Source: an uncultured Planctomycetaceae bacterium (GTDB taxonomy: Bacteria; Planctomycetota; Planctomycetia; Pirellulales; Pirellulaceae). From it: a stretch of DNA of 40,789 bases. The translations under genes and the position numbers were made by a program. Location of the stretch: positions 1-40,789 of the forward strand of contig CALELC010000173.1 in NCBI GenBank assembly GCA_937904535.1, given 5' to 3'. Within the stretch, counting starts at the first letter, position 1. The number at the start of each line of letters is the position of its first letter. Positions 35,666 to 40,789 of the stretch are shown here, in pieces. Under the pieces are notes generated by a model. It made no database searches, was not told the DNA's origin, and worked only from the letters and a program-made list of their open reading frames with translations.

Positions 35666-36034
35666 ATGGTCGAGCATGAACTTCTGACAGCCGACGGAAT
35701 CCTGATCATTCGGCCCATGTCATCTTTGGAGGCCGCCGACTTTCAGAGGATCGCGCAGGAGGTCGATCCCTATCTCGAAGCGAACGGCAAATTGCATGGA
35801 ATCTTGATCGATGCCGAGTCGTTCCCCGGCTGGAAAAACTTGGCGGCGCTGATGGCACACCTGAAATTTGTGCGCGACCATCACCGGAAGATCCAACGCA
35901 TCGCTGCCTTGAGCGACAGCACCGTGCTGACGTTTGCCCCAGCCATCGCCAAGCACTTCGTTCAAGCCGAAGTGCGGCACTTTGCGCGGACTGAGCGTGA
36001 CGAAGCGCTTAACTGGCTCCGCACTGGCAGCTGA
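35666..36034 (+). CDS. STAS/SpoIIAA-like (DUF3478-type) small protein
   Basis: MVEHELLTADGILIIRPMSSLEAADFQRIAQEVDPYLEANGKLHGILIDAESFPGWKNLAALMAHLKFVRDHHRKIQRIAALSD... is the typical layout of SpoIIAA-like/STAS-SEC14 single-domain proteins. Confidence 0.65.
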   Translation: MVEHELLTADGILIIRPMSSLEAADFQRIAQEVDPYLEANGKLHGILIDAESFPGWKNLAALMAHLKFVRDHHRKIQRIAALSDSTVLTFAPAIAKHFVQAEVRHFARTERDEALNWLRTGS

Positions 36035-36089
36035 AAGGCTGCGGGAGAGGAAACCGACGGCAAACATTTCGTCCTGCTCCTGACGCGCG

Positions 36090-37958
36090 TCAGGTGGGCA
36101 ATTGCCGGGGGTCGGTCATATTCTGCGGGCTCAATAGTTCGTCGAGCCGCGCTTGGGTGAGCCAGCCTTTTTCAAGCAGCAAATCGTACACGCTACCGCC
36201 GGTTTTCAAGGCTTCCTTGGCGACCGCGGCTGAGCGCTCATATCCGATGACCGGCACCATTGCCGTGACAATGCCGATGCTGTTTTGCACGAACTCGCGA
36301 CAACGCTCCTCGTTGGCGGTGATTCCGGCAACACACCGCGAGGCCAGCGTGACGCAGGCATTCTTCAGAATCATCATGCCGTGCAGCAAGTCGTAAGCGA
36401 TGATCGGTTCAGCCATGTTCAACTCGAGTTCACTCGCTTGCGACGCCATCGCAATCGTGACATCGTAACCGACGATCTGAAAGCAGATCTGGCTGACAAC
36501 TTCCGGAATGACTGGATTGACTTTGCCCGGCATGATGGACGAACCGGGTTGCAGTGGAGGCAGGTTAATCTCATTGAGCCCGCACCGGGGACCGGAGGAA
36601 AGCCAGCGAAGGTCATTGCAGATTTTGGAGACCTGTACGGCAGCGCGTTTCATGGTCGCGGCCATTTGGGCGAAACTGCCCGAATCTTGCGTTGCTTCAA
36701 TGAGATTAGCGGCTTTCCTCAGCGGCAATCCGCTGGCTTCACAGAGGCGACGAGTGACCAGGTCCGCGTACCCCGGTGGGCTGCAAATTCCGGTGCCAAT
36801 GGCCGTCGCGCCCAAGTTGATCTCATGCAGTTCCTTTGCGGATCGCGAGAGGGCCGTCATCGCCGTCTGAATCATCACGGCATACGCGCCGAACTCCTGG
36901 CCCAGCGTCATCGGAACGGCATCTTGGTTCTCCGTTCGCCCCATCTTCAATACCTGCCAGAACTCATTCTCCTTGCGTTGCAATTGCAACTTCAACTCGT
37001 CCATTGCCGCGAGCAGGTCTTTCAGTGAAAAAATCACCGCGAGCTTGATGGCTGTGGGGTAAGCGTCGTTGGTCGACTGTGAACAGTTGGCATGATCATT
37101 GGGATGCAGGTATTGGTATTCGCCTTTAGCATGCCCCATCAGTTCCAAGGCTCGGTTGGCGATCACTTCGTTGGCGCACATGTTGGTGCTGGTGCCGGCG
37201 CCGCCCTGAAACATATCGACGACAAAGTGCTCGTGCAGCTTACCGGCGAGGATTTCATCACAGGCCGCTACAATGGCGTCGGCGATTTTGCTGTCGATAA
37301 CATTCAGCTCGGCGTTCGCTTGGGCTGCTGCCTTTTTCACATAAGCGAGTCCGTTCACAAAGTGGGCGAAGTTGCGCAGTGGCACACCCGATATGGCGAA
37401 GTTTTCAAGGGCTCGAACTGTCTGCACCCCATAGTAAGCGTTGTTGGGAATCTCACGGGAGCCGAGCGAATCGTGCTCGGTGCGGTACGAAGTGATCTGC
37501 GAGGCGGTGGCTCGTTGCTCAGCAAGCATCTCGGAGGCGGCGCGCAAGCGATCGCTGATCCGCAGCGCGACGCGGGCCACGAGGCGATAGAAGATGTCGG
37601 GCTGATTGGTCTTCACTTCGTCGAGCAAGGCTCGCGAAATCTTGATGACCCGCGCGCCGGTTCCGCGTGCAAATGCACTAACCGAATGAGCATGCTCGTC
37701 AATCAAGAGCCCTTCGGAGATCAACGCGCCATCGGTAAGGACCGCCAAATGGGTTTGGCGACCGTGTAGTCCGCGCACAATATCGATCTCGCCATCGGTG
37801 ACAATTCCGAGCCACTCGCGCGGCGTCGATTCATGAAAGAGGCAAGCCCCGGCAGCGTAAGTGACTTCTTCCCCGCGCTCAACGATCGCCAGCAAGTCGG
37901 CCACGCTCACTCCCATGGCGCGTGCGGGATCCTTGAGTCTCCGAGTGATGTCTTGCAT
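36090..37958 (-). CDS. aspA: aspartate ammonia-lyase (class II fumarase/aspartase superfamily) with an N-terminal cyclic-nucleotide-binding-like (CRP/FNR effector-type) domain
   Basis: The C-terminal ~470 aa contain YRTEHDSLGSREIPNNAYYGVQTVRALENF, TNMCANEVIAN, and the signature GSSIMPGKVNPVIPEVVSQICFQIVGYDVTIAMA (NPV[IV]PEVV is the AspA type rather than the FumC type). The N-terminal ~150 aa read YAAGACLFHESTPREWLGIVTDGEIDIVRG...AVLTDGALISEGLLIDEHAHSVSAFA...VIKISRALLDEV, a cNMP-binding beta-roll pattern. Confidence 0.85.
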   Translation of the reverse strand: MQDITRRLKDPARAMGVSVADLLAIVERGEEVTYAAGACLFHESTPREWLGIVTDGEIDIVRGLHGRQTHLAVLTDGALISEGLLIDEHAHSVSAFARGTGARVIKISRALLDEVKTNQPDIFYRLVARVALRISDRLRAASEMLAEQRATASQITSYRTEHDSLGSREIPNNAYYGVQTVRALENFAISGVPLRNFAHFVNGLAYVKKAAAQANAELNVIDSKIADAIVAACDEILAGKLHEHFVVDMFQGGAGTSTNMCANEVIANRALELMGHAKGEYQYLHPNDHANCSQSTNDAYPTAIKLAVIFSLKDLLAAMDELKLQLQRKENEFWQVLKMGRTENQDAVPMTLGQEFGAYAVMIQTAMTALSRSAKELHEINLGATAIGTGICSPPGYADLVTRRLCEASGLPLRKAANLIEATQDSGSFAQMAATMKRAAVQVSKICNDLRWLSSGPRCGLNEINLPPLQPGSSIMPGKVNPVIPEVVSQICFQIVGYDVTIAMASQASELELNMAEPIIAYDLLHGMMILKNACVTLASRCVAGITANEERCREFVQNSIGIVTAMVPVIGYERSAAVAKEALKTGGSVYDLLLEKGWLTQARLDELLSPQNMTDPRQLPT

Positions 37959-38119
37959 GGCTAATTCCTAGAAGGATTTGGCGATAACTGGTCGGTGACG
38001 CAGTCTTCGCATACCGGCCGAGTCGAGCAGCACCAGTGTCTGGTTAGAGGTTATAGCTGCTAGGATGGACGACCGACACGGATTGAATGGGGCGATGTGC
38101 TACCGATTGTCGGCTATGG

Positions 38120-38155
38120 AGAAGAACGAAAACAGCAGGCCAACGCGTCCTGCTG
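38120..38155 (-). terminator. intrinsic terminator on the minus strand, ~425 nt downstream of the ECF sigma gene
   Basis: The minus strand reads ACAGCAGG-acgcgttgg-CCTGCTGT (perfect 8 bp stem), followed by TTTCGTTCTTCTCC. Confidence 0.55.
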
Positions 38156-38423
38156 TCGTGCTCGCCATATTGTCGTGCTCGTCGTCGGCCCGGTGATCGC
38201 GCTCACCTCGGGATGCAGCGCTGCCGCCGCCTGCTCGTTCGATCGGCCGAGCAGGCGGCTACCTGTGAGCCGATGCTGCATCTTGTGTGCGCACCGATTG
38301 GCTACTCCGTTGCCCAAGTTGTGGTACAGGCTCGTAGCTGATTGATGACCGCAAGGATCGAGGGCTGCCGTATGCAGTTAGGCTGCCGCGGGTCGAGGTC
38401 GGGCTCGCCTGCTCCGGTTTGCA

Positions 38424-38456
38424 ACCGTCTACACGGATGCAGCCGTCTACACGGAT
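38424..38456. repeat. 18 bp direct repeat (2 copies)
   Basis: ACCGTCTACACGGAT-gca-GCCGTCTACACGGAT. The core CCGTCTACACGGAT occurs twice, 18 bp apart. Confidence 0.6.
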
Positions 38457-38580
38457 ACGGAGGACTCTCGGTGAATATCCGCCGGGGATTCAAAAATGTT
38501 CCGGCAGGGTCTTCGATCGACATTCATGGCAGGCGAGCAGCTGGAGATCAGGTTTGCCGGCCAGGTGTTCGCGACTTCGG

Positions 38581-39228
38581 CTAGAGGGGCGAATGGAGTT
38601 CCGGGAACACGTCGCTGTTCAGGCCAGCGCGACCCAGGATCGATTTAAGCCGCAGGAGAAAATCGCTCTTATAGTTAGCGACCTGCTGCTCGCTCAGGCC
38701 GGTACGTGCGGCAACCTCGCGATTGGATAAGCCGCACACCAGCAGCAATTCAAGGCAGCGAAGTTTCGTCCAGTCGCCACGCTGTTTCCAGCGCGTGATC
38801 GATTGTTCCAGCGCCTCGCGGATGGCCGTTTCTTCCAGCCGCCGGCGCTCGACGCTACGGGCCATCGAACTAGCGACGCGGCCACCGCCGGGCAACTGCA
38901 GCGGGTCGGCACTCTCGCTGCGGCCACTGGCCGAGACCAAAACCGGTCGCCGCCCCTGACGCCGCAGCGCATCCGTGATTTTGTACGCGCAGATTGAGAA
39001 CAGATAACTTTCCAGCGGCCGTGAACCGTCATAGTTGGGCAGACTGGTTAAGAACCCAATAAACGTTTCTTGAACGATATCCTCGCTGGCGGTGCGATCA
39101 CCGATGCGGCTGCTGACAAATGCCAACAATCGCCCTTCAAAACGGTCGATCAGGGTTTGCCAAGCATCGGAATCGCCACCGCGGACGGCGGTCACGAGAG
39201 GATCTTCGGCAGCGGGAGTGTGGTTCAT
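38581..39228 (-). CDS. ECF-type RNA polymerase sigma factor (sigma-70 family) with a long region2-region4 linker
   Basis: Region 2 reads WQTLIDRFEGRLLAFVSSRIGDRTASEDIVQETFIGFLTSLPNYD...LESYLFSICAYKITDALRRQ. Region 4 reads LRCLELLLVCGLSNREVAARTGLSEQQVANYKSDFLLRLKS. Confidence 0.85.
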   Translation of the reverse strand: MNHTPAAEDPLVTAVRGGDSDAWQTLIDRFEGRLLAFVSSRIGDRTASEDIVQETFIGFLTSLPNYDGSRPLESYLFSICAYKITDALRRQGRRPVLVSASGRSESADPLQLPGGGRVASSMARSVERRRLEETAIREALEQSITRWKQRGDWTKLRCLELLLVCGLSNREVAARTGLSEQQVANYKSDFLLRLKSILGRAGLNSDVFPELHSPL

Positions 39229-39301
39229 GGCTTTTCAAGAGATCGGTTGGTGGTGCCGGGTGAGCGGCTTCTGAGCAGCTGACGACGAAGCAGGCTCGCG
39301 T

Positions 39302-39946
39302 TCACAAGGGGCCGATATCGGGTTGTAACTCGGCGTAAATTCCGACCAGATCTTCTTTGGGGGCGCGATCACCGTAGAGCATCAGCGACTCACCGGAAAA
39401 GTAACGTTCGTCGAGCAACCGCAGTGACTGGCCGATCGGCCGCGTGACGGTCTGGCGGCCGACACCAGTGCTCATGACGTCGTGAGTGCCGCGGAACACG
39501 GCGGAGATTTCATCGGGCAGAGCTGTGCCACTGCGGCTCACTCCATCGGCATGCCGCACGATGGTGGTGATTTTCCAGCGGTCGTCACGTGGATCGCGGA
39601 GCACTCGCACGGTGACAATCGACTCGCCAGCCGGAACCGGCTGCGCCGAGAACCACTGCGGTGCCGCGGTCGACTCTCGCCACAACGCACTGTAGGCGAC
39701 GCGGTACGGTTTGCCTTTGGGAACGCGAACACGCGTCTGCCAGGTCAGCGGCTCGGCGGAGGCGATTCGTACCGCCGCGATCTCATCTTCGTCACCGGCC
39801 TGCAAGTAACCGACTTCCTCGCGCAGCCGCGCCAGCTCCGCTTCTGCCGTTCGCATGCGACGCAGGTTGCTCATGTAGCTGAGCACCAACGCCACCAAGG
39901 CCGCCGTCAGCAACAAGCCGCGGATCGAGACTTGCAAGCGGTTCAC
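39302..39946 (-). CDS. hypothetical membrane-anchored protein (N-terminal TM helix plus short coiled coil)
   Basis: MNRLQVSIRGLLLTAALVALVLSYM followed by RRMRTAEAELARLREEVGYLQ. Its ATG overlaps the stop of the upstream dehydrogenase gene (ATGA at 39943-39946). No family recognised. Confidence 0.55.
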   Translation of the reverse strand: MNRLQVSIRGLLLTAALVALVLSYMSNLRRMRTAEAELARLREEVGYLQAGDEDEIAAVRIASAEPLTWQTRVRVPKGKPYRVAYSALWRESTAAPQWFSAQPVPAGESIVTVRVLRDPRDDRWKITTIVRHADGVSRSGTALPDEISAVFRGTHDVMSTGVGRQTVTRPIGQSLRLLDERYFSGESLMLYGDRAPKEDLVGIYAELQPDIGPL

Positions 39947-40788
39947 ATTTCACTCCCCGCTGCTGATACCGCGGCTTGGTCGCGGGAGTACCGCGCGTAT
40001 TGCAACACCGCGGCAGTGGGTTGAAGCCCCTGCTGCAACAACTCGCCTAGCCGCGGCGGCGCGGTGAGCACTCCCAGCTCGGCGAGGGACTGCAACTGAG
40101 ACAGGATTGCAGCGGTGCCTTGGCGTTCAAAGAAGTCGAAGAAACCGCTCTCACTGCGATACCCCAGTCCGCCACGCAGGCCCAGTTCGACCGCCTCTGG
40201 TGAATCGACGACACCCGCCGCCAGAATTTCCGCCGCCTCGATCCACATCGACAGCGAGAGCGCGGCGACGAGTTCATCCACGGTCCAGTCCCGCCTGTCA
40301 CGCTGATAACGCTCGATCACCGCTAGAGCGTCTGGATGCAAACCACCGTCCGCAAGCGATCCATCGCCGGTGGTCCGCGGCGGGTCTGGTCCCAAAAAAC
40401 CACCACCAAACGCCGCTCCCAACCGTCCGGCCTTGATCATACCCGACAGAATGGGCGCAGGATCGATGCGCTTGGGGAACGACCGCCAGAACACCCGGCC
40501 CGAGTCAAACGCGGTGCGGATCCCAATCAGGTCGACCAGTTCCAGTGGCGATAGCGGCATCCCGAACCGCTGGGCCGCATTGGCGATCGCTGCGGGCGAC
40601 GCGCCTCGCCCAAGCAGCAGCAGCGACTGATTCAAGTACGGCACCAAGACGCGATTGACGACGAATCCAGGGCTGTCGCCGGTAACCAAAGCCTGTTTGG
40701 CAAGCAGCTGGGCGTGCTGGCGGCAAGCTTCTAAGGTTCCGGGGGCCGTTGCATCACACGGGATTAACTCGACCAGCGGACGCGCGCA
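39943..40788 (-). CDS. 3-hydroxyacyl-CoA dehydrogenase family protein, C-terminal part (5' end lies right of the window)
   Basis: The frame stays open to the window edge (...PLVELIPCDATAPGTLEACRQHAQLLAKQALVTGDSPGFVVNRVLVPYLNQSLLLL...). PGF[IV]VNR plus the following helical 3HCDH_C-type domain(s) are characteristic. The track start at 40689 is an internal TTG. Confidence 0.8.
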   Translation of the reverse strand, partial: CARPLVELIPCDATAPGTLEACRQHAQLLAKQALVTGDSPGFVVNRVLVPYLNQSLLLLGRGASPAAIANAAQRFGMPLSPLELVDLIGIRTAFDSGRVFWRSFPKRIDPAPILSGMIKAGRLGAAFGGGFLGPDPPRTTGDGSLADGGLHPDALAVIERYQRDRRDWTVDELVAALSLSMWIEAAEILAAGVVDSPEAVELGLRGGLGYRSESGFFDFFERQGTAAILSQLQSLAELGVLTAPPRLGELLQQGLQPTAAVLQYARYSRDQAAVSAAGSEM

Positions 40789-40789
40789 G

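Noticed and set aside
36079-36094. CCTGACGCGCGTCAGG palindrome as a bidirectional terminator between the STAS and aspartase genes
   Set aside because: The stem is only 6-7 bp with a 2-4 nt loop. It overlaps the aspartase stop codon and has no T-tract on either strand.
38302-38523. 73 aa ORF downstream of the ECF sigma gene as the anti-sigma factor
   Set aside because: It has no transmembrane segment, no ZAS motif and no RBS, and part of it is a translated DNA direct repeat. It is kept only as something to test, not called as a feature.

Overview
GC-rich bacterial chromosomal segment. The gene content suggests a Planctomycetota (Pirellulales-type) genome, but the taxon is an inference. Supporting signs are a DUF1592-family/DUF1552 gene pair with CxxCH motifs and a Tat-like signal, many signal-peptide hypothetical proteins, an ECF sigma factor, and frequent TTG/GTG starts.

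I call 33 protein-coding genes (2 cut by the window edges), one tRNA-Pro(GGG), several terminator-like hairpins, one near-consensus sigma70-type promoter, and three arrays of a ~30-35 bp hairpin-bearing repeat. Most genes are housekeeping or ordinary metabolism:
- infA, rpoD, mtnA, ispF
- a cysS-ruvC-ruvA-tmk operon
- an IlvD/Edd-family dehydratase, a sodium:solute symporter and an FKBP-type PPIase
- a MarR-pirin-DoxX operon

I saw no CRISPR array, transposase, integrase, phage gene, toxin-antitoxin pair or recognisable defence system. I therefore cannot point to one clear novel system. The observations most worth a second look are:
1. A spacer-less hairpin repeat family present as a tandem array after tRNA-Pro and as two opposed arrays at 15.7-16.1 kb. 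Together they bracket the MarR-pirin-DoxX cassette, and the mini-hairpin stem shows compensatory changes between loci.
2. A cyclic-nucleotide-binding-like domain fused to aspartate ammonia-lyase, next to a STAS-like gene and a Tat-signal protein of unknown function.
3. A secreted protein built from two diverged tandem copies of a nucleoside-hydrolase-like domain.
4. A GlnE-like double nucleotidyltransferase whose catalytic Asp motifs look degenerate in both halves, with its stop abutting the start of an IlvD/Edd dehydratase.
5. An Omp85 locus where the POTRA part and a lipobox-bearing barrel are separate ORFs.
6. An ECF sigma gene with no obvious anti-sigma partner and a ~425 nt unexplained tail ending in a terminator.

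All family assignments come from motif recognition by eye. No searches were run.
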